64,000 nt of DNA, taken from the NCBI RefSeq assembly GCF_001194135.2, contig NC_069007.1, positions 10,697,298 through 10,761,297 on the forward strand, given 5' to 3'. A program made the position numbers and the translations under genes. Positions 23,253 to 36,249 of this stretch are shown here, one piece after another (positions within the stretch are counted from its first letter, which is position 1; the number at the start of each line of letters is the position of its first letter). A model generated the notes under the pieces. It was not told the DNA's origin, made no database searches, and saw only the letters and a program-made list of their open reading frames with translations. Source of the stretch: Octopus bimaculoides (taxonomy: Eukaryota).

Positions 23253-23725
23253 CGTAATTTAATACTGAGAGAAACGCGTTTAGTTTTATCAATATCATGA
23301 TAAAATTGTTTTGCAAGGTTTGGTGATGGAGAAAGAATACCATCATACTATAGAAACTACACTTCATACTATACAAACGATGGTAACCAATTCTTTCTTT
23401 ACTACCCCCTCCATTTTCTTTTAAACTTTACAGAAATTTAACAGGAGTGGCTGTGTGGTAAGACGCTTGCTTCCCAACCATATGGTTCTGGGTTCAGTCC
23501 TACTGTATTTTGCTTTATTTAATAAAGAGGCAGGGGCAAAAAAATTTGCCAAATATTTTGGTTTGAGTAGAGCAAGATGAACTGTGCTGAGCCATTCATT
23601 ATTTTATTGGATGTCATTAAACTGAAAGCTGATAAGATGTTAAAGGTGTGTTATTTGAGAGAGATTTGGGTGTTATTACAAGTGATCACATTGAGGCCTT
23701 CCTCAGACGGTTGCCAATTTTCTTC

Positions 23726-24110
23726 TTACTCTTTTACACGTTTCAGTCATTTGACTGTGACCATGCTGGAGCACCACTTTTAGTCAAAGAAATCAACCCC
23801 AGGACTTATTCTTTGTAAGCCTCATATTTATTCTATCAGTTTCTTTTGCCAAACCGCTAAGTTTCAGGACCATAAACACACCAACATCGGTTGTCAAGCG
23901 ATGGTGGTGTGACAAACTCAGACATAAAGAAACACACATATAAATAAATGTGCATATATACGACGGTCTTCTTTCAGTTTCTGTCTACCAAATCCACTCA
24001 TAAGGCTTTGGTCAGCCCAAGGCTACAGTAGAAGACACTTGCCCAAGGTGTCACACAGTGGGACTGAACCCGGAACCGTGTGATTGGTAAGCAAGCTTGT
24101 TACCACACAG
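23726..24110 (-). mobile_element. SINE family A, near full length
   Basis: Head, internal TA/TG tract and GTCAAATGACTGAAAC..GTAAAAGAGTA tail. Confidence 0.9.
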
Positions 24111-25159
24111 GTATGCATGCGCCTTTTTAGATATATATATATTTTAGATACACTTCAAAATACAGCAATTATCCAGCAAACTTGGTGTCAGAAGTGGCCC
24201 GGAATTCTAGACTTTCTGGTTTTCTGGAGACAGCTTAAATAGATGCTTAAAATAATAAAGATCTGAATTGTATCTAACAGATTCAAGTAAATACATTCCC
24301 AAAACAGGGTTTGTTTGATATTTATTACTCCACCTAAAATATGCAACTGCATTTGTGGCTTTAATCAGCATGTTGAATTACGAGAATTTTTTTATTTCGA
24401 ATGTACCTTCAACTGCTTTTAGCTTTCTGCTTGTCCCACTTTCTCAGGATTGGTATGAAGAGTCACATTACCAAGAACTCCAATAACAGCATAAAAAGCT
24501 CCCATGATTGAAAGAAGAAGAGTGATTTTAGTAGATGTGTTGAGAGGAATAGATTTATTGTTATGAGAGGGTAGAGAGAATAGGAGACAGCATGGAAGGG
24601 ACACTGGATCACCACTGATGAGAACATAGTTTAAGTTGTTGTTTAGAACTAGTAGGGCCCTGATTTAGCAAACCTTTAATTAAAAGTGTTGCAGTTGAGA
24701 CCATTCCAACAACTCCTTAAGCATAAGATACATTTAACTACAGCCAATGCATAAAAGGCCACTCTCTGCAGTTCACACAGTCCATGTTAAATGGGTTGAA
24801 CCATCCTATTTTTATCAGGGGTATGTAAGGCTTATTTCAGAAGGTAGGGCGGTATTTGAGGGTTATTTGGCTTCTATTTCTAGAAAACTGAGTATCCTTG
24901 TTGGCTTGACATAGACTAAGCTGATGTTTAGTGAAAGGTCTGATCCAGCCGGCTTATAATCAAAAGCATTTTTTTAGCCTTGACTGTCATATATTTTTAG
25001 TAAGATTGCAGGAGTACTTAAGTATGACGAAGCTGCTATACTTTGTCAACTTGGAGAAAGACTTCAACAGAGTCCTTCACTCTGATCTGAGATGATGAAA
25101 AGTTTATCAATACTATACTCATGCAAGCCATGTTCGATGTTGCTATCAGCGAAGTGAAA

Positions 25160-26015
25160 GGCAACCATTTCTTATCTACAGGCCCCTTTCATTACTATTT
25201 TATTCTGGTGGATCCCTATAGCTATTCAATGTTTAAAAACTAGTCTTATAGAAACCACTTTCAAAATTCCTATTTTGTTATATCTGAAAAAGAAGCAAGT
25301 TCTAAAGCAGGGATTCACTACCATTTCTTATCTAGAGGCCCCTTTGATTACTGTTTTATTCTGGTGGACCCCTCATAGCCATTNNNNNNNNNNNNNNNNN
25401 NNNNNNNNNNNNNNNNNNNNNNNNNNNNNNNNNNNNNNNNNNNNNNNNNNNNNNNNNNNNNNNNNNNNNNNNNNNNNNNNNNNNNNNNNNNNNNNNNNNN
25501 NNNNNNNNNNNNNNNNNNNNNNNNNNNNNNNNNNNNNNNNNNNNNNNNNNNNNNNNNNNNNNNNNNNNNNNNNNNNNNNNNNNNNNNNNNNNNNNNNNNN
25601 NNNNTATTCTGGTGGACCCCTCATAGCCATTCAATGTTTAAAAACTAGTCTTACAGAAACTTCTTTCAAAATTCCTATTTTGTTATATCTGAAAAAGAAG
25701 CAAGTTCTAAAGCAGGGATTCACTACCATTTCTTATCTATGGACCCCTTTGATTACTATTTTATTCTGGTGGACCCCTCATAGCTATTCGATGTTTAAAA
25801 ACTAGTCTTATAGAAACTGCTTTCAAAATTCCTATTCTGTTTTTCACACATTAACTTGTGTAGGTTGAACTATGTAAAATGTTAGAGAAAGAAACCAAGC
25901 TATTCCTTGTAATACATAACCAATACATACATCTTAAGAATTTTTCATGGGCCCTTAAAATACTGTTGTAGACAATTTACTTTTTGGTTGCATGGACCCC
26001 AGTTGAGGACCACTG
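25160..26015 (+). repeat. hAT-like MITE whose 5' ~156 bp is tandemly amplified
   Basis: TATTCTGGTGG at 25201/25357 and 25605/25762 (156-157-bp period); ends GGACCCCAGTTGAGGACCACTG. Confidence 0.8.
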
Positions 26016-26631
26016 ACCCAGCCCCTCCCCTGACCACTGCACCTAAGCAGAGTACCATCTTTCTTGATGACAGATGCTGCTTTTCACATTGACAGTAGAT
26101 CCAATCACCTTATTTTTACACTTTTATCTTCCATCTCTAATTTTTATTCGAGGTTTTATTTTCAACCTTGAGGAAGTTCTCAGAAAATGTCAATAAGTTC
26201 AATAGTTAAGAGTGAAGTAATTAACATAGCAGGAATTGGTCCTTCATTTGAGAATGAAAGAGAGAGAATTAGTATTAGATTCATCAGTCTTCATTATGGC
26301 AATTAAACTAATCAAATTCTGGCCACAGACTTATTATTGCTGGTGTGGACAAGTTTCTGCAGATTCAGGATATTTTAGAACTAAATTTCTAATTTACAAT
26401 AATACACATATTGAAGACCTTAACTGGGAGATGAGGGCCATCAATATTCTTGAACAGCACTGCTCCAAATAATGGCCAGACCAATTTTTTGCCAGTGTCA
26501 CCAGTAAATCAAACATTTTCATCAAGGACATCAAGAGCAAAAGTAATCAAATTACAACATGTGAGTAACTTATTTCATGGTTGTGCCAACAATTTGTTTT
26601 AGCAACTGTTTGTGGTTTATAAAATTGAAAG

Positions 26632-27043
26632 TACCATAAATCCTCAAGTATAATACACAGGGGATTTTTAGGGGGCTGTACCGCTGAAAAACCAAAAAAC
26701 CTTGTGTATAATACTCACCCCTTCTCTAACTTGAGTCAAGGAGGTCTATACAACGTCCTTGGTTTGTAAACATATATATGGTAACATCCTTTATTATTAT
26801 TGTATATATAACAATGTAAACGTGTAGCTTTTTTGTGCACTTTGTTTGCAGAAAATAAAGAAATAACAGTAATAACGTCAGTGAAAAATAAATATTAAGT
26901 AAATTGCCTTTACATATTTATCACTTAGAAAATTTTGCTTAGAAAATATTTAAAATTTTTAACCTCGTATATAGTACGCACTAGAAATTTTCACCTTTAA
27001 ATTTTGGGAAAAAAGTGCGTATTATACTCAAGGATTTATGGTA
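26632..27043. mobile_element. Tc1/mariner-type MITE with ~25-bp TIRs and TA ends
   Basis: TACCATAAATCCTCAAGTATAATAC ... GTATTATACTCAAGGATTTATGGTA. Confidence 0.85.
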
Positions 27044-27329
27044 TTTTCTAAACAAAAAGCATACTTTAATAATTGCATTAGCCTAAAACAGGGGTTGCCA
27101 AAAAGAGGTCGGCGAGGAATTACAGGAGATCGATAATAGCCAAGGGATTGACATGCGAAAGAGCAGCTCACTCATATGAACTGCTTGAGACACTGAGTCA
27201 GCGCCATGCCCCTCCTTCACATTGATGTTATCACTTTCGATAAAAGATATTCCAGCAATATGATGCGTTTTACACATTTTCTAACCGTGAAAACAATTTC
27301 ATAAAAATTGAAAGTTTAATGATGGATAC

Positions 27330-27549
27330 TTTTTCTACTCTAGGTACAAGGCCTGAAATTTTGGGGGAGGAGAGGGTGGCAGTCAATTAGATCAACGCCA
27401 GTACGCAACTGGTACTTAATTTATCGACCCCGAAAGGATGAAAGGCAACGTCAACCTTGGTGGAATTTGAACTCAGAACGTAAAGACAGACGAAATACCG
27501 CTAAGCATTTCACCCGGCGTGCTAACGATTCTGGCAGCTCGCCGCCTTT
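27330..27549 (-). mobile_element. SINE family B, full length
   Basis: Complete to the head end GCTCGCCGCCTT. Confidence 0.9.
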
Positions 27550-27726
27550 AATAATGTATACTTGTACACAAAGTTTTAAATGTAAAAAAGTGTGTCATCT
27601 TCAATAGATTTTCTTGATTTGTCATACATGTATATTTTAGCTAGCTTTTTAATTGCCAATATCAGTACCCAGTACGCATTTACGATATGGTACAGTAAGG
27701 TAGGGTATTAAGATATTTTAAATGAG

Positions 27727-27840
27727 GAAGGTGAAGTGGTTAAAGGGGGTCAATGTTGAAGGAGAATTGGCTAAAAGGGATCAATGCAGAAGGAGAAGTA
27801 GCTAAAAGGGTACAATGTGGAAGGAGAAATGGTTAAGGGA
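27727..27840. repeat. 31-bp minisatellite, ~3.7 copies
   Basis: GAAGGAGAA.TGG.TAAAAGGG..CAATG at 27727, 27758, 27789, 27820. Confidence 0.85.
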
Positions 27841-28722
27841 GGGTGACGGTCCAAAACGTTTGGTGACTCCTAGTGTAAAATATCAAACTGAAATACAAAA
27901 AGAATTTCCAACTGCAAAAAAAAACCCATATTGACTTGATAGGTCAATATTATATTGGTTTGTTTAGCCAGATACTGCTTCTTATCAAAGGTTTGGTTGT
28001 CTGAGTCTCAGTGGGTTTCCCAACACTCTGGTACATTTCATCACTGTATCTACTCCACACAACTGTAAACAGCTATTTATTCATAGCAATGTGGACTTGT
28101 GTATAGGTTAAATTGACAATCTGTTTGGATGCAAGGACAATGCAATATCTATGAGGCCAAACTGAAGCTGGAATACCCGTCCATAACTGTTCCTCACCTC
28201 TGAAACAGATATTCATTAGATTGTTCCATTTTTCTAAGTACGTTAATTCAGTTTTGAAATTATTATTTCTAGAGATTATCTCCCTTCTTTATTAAGATGA
28301 CCTCAATCTAACCCTTCAATCGTCGAAGTATTTTTTGTTTTCTTCCGTTTGCAAAGGAAATTTTCATTTCTTTTTCAGTCAAGAAGCAACGCCCATGTGG
28401 ACAGAAGAGTCGAAGATATGCTCAAACCAAAAATCTTGTTTAAATGTTTGCAACAAAGTGAACTTCACTAAAGGGACAAAAGTTTTCAGGTAGGTTAAGG
28501 TTAGGGTTAAAACAGGTAACAGAATAAGTGCCAGAGAAGTAGGCCATGATAGGATTGGAGTTCAGAATGCAAGGGAGCTGCAACAAATATTGTAAGGCAA
28601 ATGGATTGCTATCATTTTGGTCAAATCCAAAAGGATGAAAAGTAAAGCTGACCACAGCTAAATTTGAACTCAGTGTACAGTGAGTCGAAACAGTAAATTA
28701 AGGATCTATGTGTGGCATTCAG

Positions 28723-29272
28723 TACAGGGTGGTCCAAAAGACTTGTCACCACCAGTAAACGTTTTAACCCATATATGTCCATAAAAAAATGAAGTCTTAA
28801 AATTTCACTGTATTTAAACGTTATGGTAAGCTTTCGCAATCTGGAAGAGAAGAGCAGTATGCAACTGTTAGCTACAGGTTTCGACTACCTACTGAGCATT
28901 TCATATGCTCAGTCAGATGGTGCTTCCTGGCTAGTTCAAGTCCAAACAAGTAGGAGCAGGTTTTTCACTGTGAAAATGCAACCACGGGTATATACGGGTC
29001 AATTTCCTATTATCAAGGAGAGAGTTTCACAAGAGTGATACCAGGAAACTCAACAGGTGAAGGACGCTGTTTTGGCAACTTTTGCAACAATCACTAAAGC
29101 ACAGCTTTGTAAAATATTACGCAGGACATGGTGCCGCATCATTTTGTGCCATGAAAATGGTGTTCATACAGACCTCGATGTGCGACAGTGTCAATGAAAG
29201 CGAATATACTAGAACCAGTATTGTTCTTATTACTTTCCAGAAGTGAGTGACAAGACTTTGGAACCACATTTA
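28723..29272 (+). mobile_element. Internally deleted Tc1/mariner element
   Basis: Left TACAGGGTGGTCCAAAAGACTTGTCAC and imperfect right GTGACAAGACTTTGGAACCAC. Confidence 0.6.
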
Positions 29273-29832
29273 GCATTGCTTTGTCATCTAGATTTATGCC
29301 ACAAGTATTTTTGAGTTATTTTCTCTGAGCTCCCTCATTTACCCTGCTGTCACCACCACCATGCACTATGTCCATATTAGCACAGTCAACACAGAAATAG
29401 ACTAAAGCACACCAACCGTCACAGGGGACAAGTAATCAGAATTAAATATGCTTCAATTCTAGAAGATCCTTACTAGTTTATGTTGGCAACAGTCAACACA
29501 ATGACGTTCTTTTAGTCTTCAGACTGTAGCCATAAGTGGGGTACCACCATCACTGAGGGTATTTAGTGGATTACATTGACTGAATAGTTGGAAGACAGAA
29601 ATCGTCAAGTGGATTTGAACTCAGAATGAAATCAAACAAAATACCACAAAGCATTTTATTTTACATGCTGCCATTCTGTTAATTACTGTTCTAAGAAAAA
29701 AACAAAAACACCATTTGAAGACATGAAATTTGCAGACGTGAAGGGCTTCAGTAGATCGGCAGACAGTGGTACAGAGCTCTGGTTAAATATTTTCTTTCAT
29801 AACAAAAACGTGAATCAGCCTTTAGTTATTTT

Positions 29833-31198
29833 AGATCTGTTCAGTTTGGCTCACAGATTTTTTAAAATTAATTTCTTTTAACTAAACAGTTTGAAACTTC
29901 ATATACTGGTGTAATTTCTCATGCAGAACAGGCTTTACTTTGAACATTTTTGACAAAATTTCATATTCTAGAAGTTATTTCATGTTAAAGTTGTTGTATT
30001 TGGGTAATTTTGACCAATCAACAATGTATTCAGTTGAGGAAAGCTACTGCTGTTTGCGATAATAATAAAAAAGGAACAACTTTCAGGTCATCTCTACTAA
30101 ATGTCACCAATCTGTTCTCATGCAATCCTTACTCTTTCCCTCTCTACTGGCAAACAGTCACTTCTACACTATCAACTACCAACCAGCGAGCGAACTTGTT
30201 ACTGTCACTACAATTACCATATTTTCCACTGTATAGCCGCTGTTTTTACCTGGGGAATTTAGCGTGTGGCTTATAGAAAGGTGCGCCTAATATGTGTACT
30301 TTTTTATAAGTTTCAGGAGGAAAATAATTTGTGTATGGAGATTGACTGATTCCACTGAATTTTTCAGAGGAAAGGTTGGGTGGTGAACAATGTGAAAGAC
30401 TACAGCTACAGTACATTGATGCCCAGAAGAAAACAAAGTATATTTTTGTTTAGTTTACCTTCATGTTTTGATAATGTTATTTTTAATCTAATGAAGACTT
30501 TAATATTGATGAAATGTGTTTGTTGTTGATTATAGTAAGATAAAATCATAACAATAACATCTCATAGTTGTAAAATAAGGCATTTTGAAACTACATACAT
30601 GTCAACAACAAAAGAGCTAGCTGCGGACCCATAGCTCTATAGATNNNNNNNNNNNNNNNNNNNNNNNNNNNNNNNNNNNNNNNNNNNNNNNNNNNNNNNN
30701 NNNNNNNNNNNNNNNNNNNNNNNNNNNNNNNNNNTTTCCCTCAAATTTGGCCTTGTGGCTTAAATACCACTGTTGGGCAAACAAATAAATATATGTAAAT
30801 AATATTTCTTCCTTCTCAGTGTTGATTCTTCGATGTTTACTGGTTACTCCGATGTGAGAACAAAAAAAAAGTGCGTAATAGGCAACACAGGCAGGAAACA
30901 AAAAATAAAATAGAACTGAATGGTGATATTTAGTAGATATGACCCATAAGTTGTTCCTCTTCGATTACTATTGCAAACAGTAGTAGCTTTCTGCAACTGA
31001 ATACATGTCGTTGATTGGTTAAAATTGCCCAAATACGACAACCTTAACACAAAATAACTTCTAAAATACGAAATTTTGTCAAAAATGTTCAAAGTGAACT
31101 CTGTTCTGCATGAGAAATTACACCAGTATACGAAGTTTCAAACTGTTTAGTTAAAAACAATTAATTAAAAAAGTCTATGAGCCAAACTGAACAGATCC
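29833..31198. mobile_element. Non-autonomous DNA transposon with ~290-bp TIRs and an 8-bp near-TSD
   Basis: Arms ~29833-30120 and ~30910-31198; termini (A/G)GATCTGTTCAGTTTGGCTC; flanks GTTATTTT / ATTATTTT. Confidence 0.85.
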
Positions 31199-32213
31199 AT
31201 TATTTTTTTAAAAATCAAATTAAAAGAGCAATTATGACAAAGAAGGACTGTGGTGAACTACACAGCTCCTGGTTTCAAATTGAGTTCTGAAGTAGCATTT
31301 TCTCACTTGAGAGAGATACTGTATGCAGCATGCCACTTCAATTATACAGATGAAAATTTTAAAAAATAAGAAATTGTGATACTAAAATGGAGATAGATAG
31401 AAAAAAAACAAATAATTTTTAAAACTTTTTATTATATTTTGAGTGTGTACATATACACATGCACACACATATTTGTATGTAGATTATCATTATTTTTACA
31501 TTAAATGTTATGTTATACATCTGTGTGGGTGTCTCTATATATACACACACACACACACACACAACCAAATAATACTAGGTGAAAATTCATATATACATAG
31601 ATTAGGTAACAACTGTCATGTAAGACAAGATTTAAAATACACACATGGATGTGTGGGTGTTTGTGTGTGTGTGAGTGTGTATGAGTGTGTGCGCGCACAC
31701 GCAAGTCCTACCTGTGCCTTCTAAATTTGCCACACCACGTATCACTTATATAAAATCACCCTCCCACCCCAAAGCCTCATTCTTTTCTTTCCCTTCCCAC
31801 CACTCCCAGAGGAATCAGTTAGCACAGAAGGTGTGGGAGAGGACAGTGCAGGATGAGACAGCTGGAAAAAATGTGATAGTGGAAAGAAAGACAGAATGCA
31901 AAAAAAAAAAAAAAAAAAAAAATGTTCTTTACAACCTGTTGGTGGTAGCGAGGAGGAAGAGGGGAAAAAACAGTTTAAAAAGAAAAATACATTTTGCCCA
32001 CCCAACCAATAAGATGCCATCATCCACATTTTTAATAAGCACACCTCTTCATCTATTTGTTACTGTTAAGTATCTGGAGGTGGTGTTAATAATAGGTTTA
32101 GGGTGAGTGAGTGGAGTGGTGCGAGCTGGAAGAAGTTGGTTTAGCTCCACCCTACCAGCTTTTTTTTTCTTTTTTTTTCATTCCTCCCCACTTCTTTTTT
32201 TGCTTCTTCTTCT

Positions 32214-32349
32214 TCAGTACTTGTTGATGCCAAACAACCGTACACCATGGAACTGGGGTAATTTTGGAATAAGGTTCAGTGCAAGAACAAATGCATTGAC
32301 AAGAAAATGGTAAGTGTCGTATTTTGTATAAAAACTGGCCAGGAAAAAT
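32214..32349 (-). CDS. ORMDL: ORMDL coding exon 3 (last), 136 nt including TGA
   Basis: Acceptor TTTCTAG; encodes [44 protein letters not shown]. Confidence 0.97.
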
Positions 32350-32599
32350 CTAGAAATGGAAAGAGAAAGAAATTAATGGAAGCTTACAACAACAGGAATA
32401 GTTTCTAACATAAGAAACATGGCCAAAATATTTTAGCAGGGAAATGGATGGGTAGTTGATTAAACTGATCATTCTCCACTTAAACCATTTTAGTAGAAGG
32501 AGAAAAATCATATACCTTAGCAAAAAGGGGAGAAAGAAAAAAAAAAAACATATGGCCAAGACAAAGACGGTATCTTTTTGGTAGCTTATCTTCTGAAAG

Positions 32600-32730
32600 G
32601 GTTTCTGCCATCCTCAATGGAAGAATCTGAAAGAGCTTGATCAATACAAGAACCTTGGTGCTACCTTCACTGTTACAGACCAGCATAAAGATGAAATAGA
32701 GGTCTGCATCAACCAGGCATTATAGTCTAT
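32600..32730 (+). mobile_element. Old LINE RT fragment in the ORMDL intron
   Basis: Reads ELDQYKNLGATFTVTDQHKDEIEVCINQA, resembling V..FKYLG...EI..RI..A. Confidence 0.5.
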
Positions 32731-33889
32731 TCTTTCACCTTCAATGGTGGCTCTGGAGATGACAGGATGCACAACATGTATGGCTGGGGATGAAGATAGC
32801 CACAAAAATTTATCCACTGAGCACTTGTTTATACCATCCTCTTGTAGGGCCATCAACAGATGTCAAATTCTCAATGATACAGAATTGCCAGTGTAACGTA
32901 GCTAGCAAAGACAGAGAACTTATACAAAATGGAAGTATTTAATCACTTTTATCTTTGCCAAATTTTCTTTGTTCATACTTTGACATTTGTGTCAAACTCT
33001 GTAAGAGTGATTCTTTTTAATAACTCAAGCCATTTCTGTTGATTTGATCAGCATTCCACCATCCACAGAGTGAACTCATCTGCTTTGATATTGTGCAAGA
33101 GACTCTCCTGCTCTAGTATAAATGGCAGGGCAGAGAGTAGAAAATGTGAATTAGTATGACTCAGTCAGATCTTGACATATCTGGTCCTTGTCTGTAAAGC
33201 ATCTGCTGATGGAATGCTTCAATTTCACTGGTTGGAGATGGTTCAGCTCTTACAAGCTGGATGCTGACAGAAGTACAAAATATTGACAGTGAAAATACAT
33301 CAAATATCAAACAACTTGGTCAGAAAACATATTAGATATAAAAAATAACAACAATCTCTAATGTAGGCACAAAGTCAAATATTTAAAGGAAGGGAACAAT
33401 TATAAAACCAAGACTTGGCTGGTACTCTATCTTATTATCTCTGAAAGGATGGAAGGGCAACTTTGTTTTCCATTGCTCTGAGACCGAAAAATAATTACTG
33501 GTCAAGAGTGGAGGTGAGCTTGATATAATTTCACTGTTTCCTTTCCACTAAATTTCAGGTTTCTACCTATGTTGAAAAGAACAATTTTTAATTTCAGCAC
33601 AAGGCCAGCAGCTTTGAGGCGAGAGGGTTAGCCCATTACACTGAACCCAATATTAACTGGTACTTTATTTTTATCAACCTCACCACCAGAAATATAAAAC
33701 AAAGTTAACTGGCAAGATTTGAACACAACTGTCAAGGGGCATAACTTAGTGGCTGATGTCATTTTACTTCCGACAGCCTATAATTAAGATCTGTAGTGAA
33801 CAGGATGGTTGCAGCGAGAACTGTTTTGATCACAAATTGTGGAATTAGGTAAATGGAAACTGTGCAGAAACCCATCTTGTATATTATAG

Positions 33890-34155
33890 GTTTTGCTTTC
33901 CATGCCTACACGGGTTGGTCAAGTTCTAACATTTGCATTCTTTGGTTATTTTCTTCAACGAAGTTCAACATCCTGAAATTTGCTTTCACCACATCATCTC
34001 TCTTACATACCACATCTGATTCCTCTTATACCCAGTTTATCCCTCAGTTCATCTGTATTAAGTCGCTTGTGCACACCATCCAACAGCAGAACCCGTCTGC
34101 TTCATTTCTCTCCGACGTTTACACATCTACATTCAATGCTTATGCAACATAGAAT
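33890..34155 (-). mobile_element. Degenerate RTE LINE 3' end
   Basis: Similar to 5260-5590; terminates in AACCCGTGTAGGCATGGAAAGC. Confidence 0.65.
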
Positions 34156-34257
34156 CTAATCTCAACCTAAAACAGAATCCTTTTATTGCCAGCAGGGATA
34201 ATAACTCTGAATTTTCTGCTTTCTTCTTATTCTGGGAGCAAACAGAGAAAGATAAAG

Positions 34258-34420
34258 TACCGCATTTTAACGTGTATAAGGAACCCCTAATTTATGGGGC
34301 TTAAAATTTGGAATAAAGGTTTTGTAAGGGGTTATAATACTATCCATGTATAAACTCCCATATTTTTTTTAACGTAACTTTTGACAAAAAGCAGTTCCTT
34401 ATACACGTTAAAATACAGTA
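34258..34420. mobile_element. 163-bp Tc1/mariner-type MITE with 27-bp TIRs
   Basis: TACCGCATTTTAACGTGTATAAGGAAC ... GTTCCTTATACACGTTAAAATACAGTA. Confidence 0.9.
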
Positions 34421-34839
34421 TGTACCAAACTGAAATAAGTATTGGGTTGATATGATCATCTTACTACAAAATTATGAATGTAGTGCTCAGCATAATCCAG
34501 TCCGATGACTGAAACAAAAACGATTATATGATTATGTGGTCAAGAAGTTTGCTTCACAACCACGTGCTTTCTATTTCACCCCCACTGCATGGCACTTTGG
34601 GTAAGTATCTCCAACTATTGCTCTAGACCATGCCTGCACCTACATATGCATATATAATGATGATAACAATATATGTAATTGGATGGCTATTTGACTTTCC
34701 TCAGTTCGTCTACCTTTGACAAGTCATGTTTTTCCTCTTGCAGAATGTCCACCCATCCTCCAGTCTCACTCACCAAGCAGGCTGATAGTCTGACCAATTC
34801 ATGTTGAATTCTCACGCTCACACAATGCAGTGTATAACA

Positions 34840-35045
34840 TTCTTTCTTTTATACACACAAGACCTGAAATTTGGGGGGAGGGGGCTAGTCGATTACATTG
34901 ATCCCAGTGCATAACTGGTACTTATTTCGTCGACCCTGAAGGGATGGAAGATAGAGTCAACCTCAGCGGAATTTAAACTCAGAATGTAGCAAAGGAGTGA
35001 AATACCGCTAAACATTTCATTCAGCATGCTAACGATTCTGCCAGT
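34840..35045 (-). mobile_element. SINE family B
   Basis: Consensus match. Confidence 0.8.
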
Positions 35046-35228
35046 GGCATAAATAGAGAGTGAAGACATAACATGGTAACAAAAGCCATATATTGTTGAA
35101 ATAAACACAAAACAAGTTAATGTTATAGCAAAAATGTTACTGTGCTTGTTTCAATAATCTTTTGCGGATTAAGGTATGTTTATCTTCTGCACTCATCTGA
35201 AACATCATTGCGGTTCGGATGGTGACAT

Positions 35229-35427
35229 TTTACTCTTTTTTTACTCTTTTACTTGTTTCAGACTGTGGCCATGCTGGAGCACCGCCTTTAGTTGAGCAAA
35301 TCGACCCCAGGACTTATTCTTTGGAAGCCTAGTACTTATTCTATCGGTCTCTTTTACCAAACCGCTAAGTTACGGGGACGTAAACACACCAGCATCAGTT
35401 GTCAAGCGATGTTGGGGGGACAAACAG

Positions 35428-35470
<43 letters not shown>

Positions 35471-35627
35471 TACGACGGGCTTCTTCCAGTTTCCCTCTAC
35501 CAAATCCACTCACAAGGCTTGGTCAGCCCGAGGCTATAGCAGAAGACACTTGCCCAAGGTGCCACGCAGTGGGACTGAACCCGGAGCCATGTGGTTTGTA
35601 AGCAAGCTACTTGCCACGCCTGCGCCT
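35229..35627 (-). mobile_element. SINE family A, full length with internal (CA)n(TA)n
   Basis: Consensus match including the (AGTAAAAG)n tail. Confidence 0.92.
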
Positions 35628-35978
35628 ATTTGATAACATTTTCCAGTCAACAAACTATCTGGTGGCTCTGTATTTTCAAAGATGAATGGAATGAAAACTC
35701 GCTTATGTAAGTAGGTGGGGGTGGCAAGAAGGGCCATCCAACAGTAAGAGCAATGTCTCAATAATATCTAATCACCGAACCCATGCTTACATGGTAAAAC
35801 AGAAGCAAAAACAAACAAATGAATCTATGCACATCCATCTATACAATTTTTAGAACTGTATTTGTTCAGCAAGGACTTCATCTGAGATTGCATATTGAAA
35901 GAGAAACAACTGTTTCCTGTAGCTATTTGAAATATACAGACAGGTACCACTAGCTTCACAACTGGCGGAATCATTAGT

Positions 35979-36249
35979 CAATACTGTTCTCTATTTTAGA
36001 GATGAGGAATTCTGTACATTATTTACATTGGACAGATATGTGTCCCCATCTTGTTTGTTGTTACCACATTTTGGCTGATTTACTCTCCAGCCTTCATCAG
36101 GTGTCCTGGTAGAATTTTGAACCCAACCTTGGGTTCTCATTCCTAAGGTATTTTTTGGTGGTGGTGATATTTATTCAAGGCACTGCCTGAAATTGAACTT
36201 GGAATCTTGGGGTTAGTAGCCCGCACTCTTAACCATTACGCTATATGGC
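35979..36249 (-). mobile_element. tRNA-headed SINE carrying a mutated hammerhead motif (family F), full copy
   Basis: Head CCATATAGCGTAATGGTTAAGAGTGCGGGCTACTAACCCC...GTTCAATT (A/B boxes), then CTGATGAAGGCTG...CAGCCAAAA. Confidence 0.85.

Noticed and set aside
26340-26560. Possible plus-strand coding exon ending at a GTGAGT donor
   Set aside because: All three frames contain stops across the segment and there is no recognisable homology.
25160-27840. CRISPR-like interpretation of the periodic repeats
   Set aside because: Units are contiguous tandem copies without unique spacers, there are no cas genes, and the context is eukaryotic.
32218-32309. Apparent plus-strand exon (pyrimidine tract-CAG ... 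ATG|GTAAGT)
   Set aside because: It is the antisense of ORMDL exon 3, whose minus-strand translation is an unambiguous ORMDL C-terminus; the splice-like signals are coincidental.
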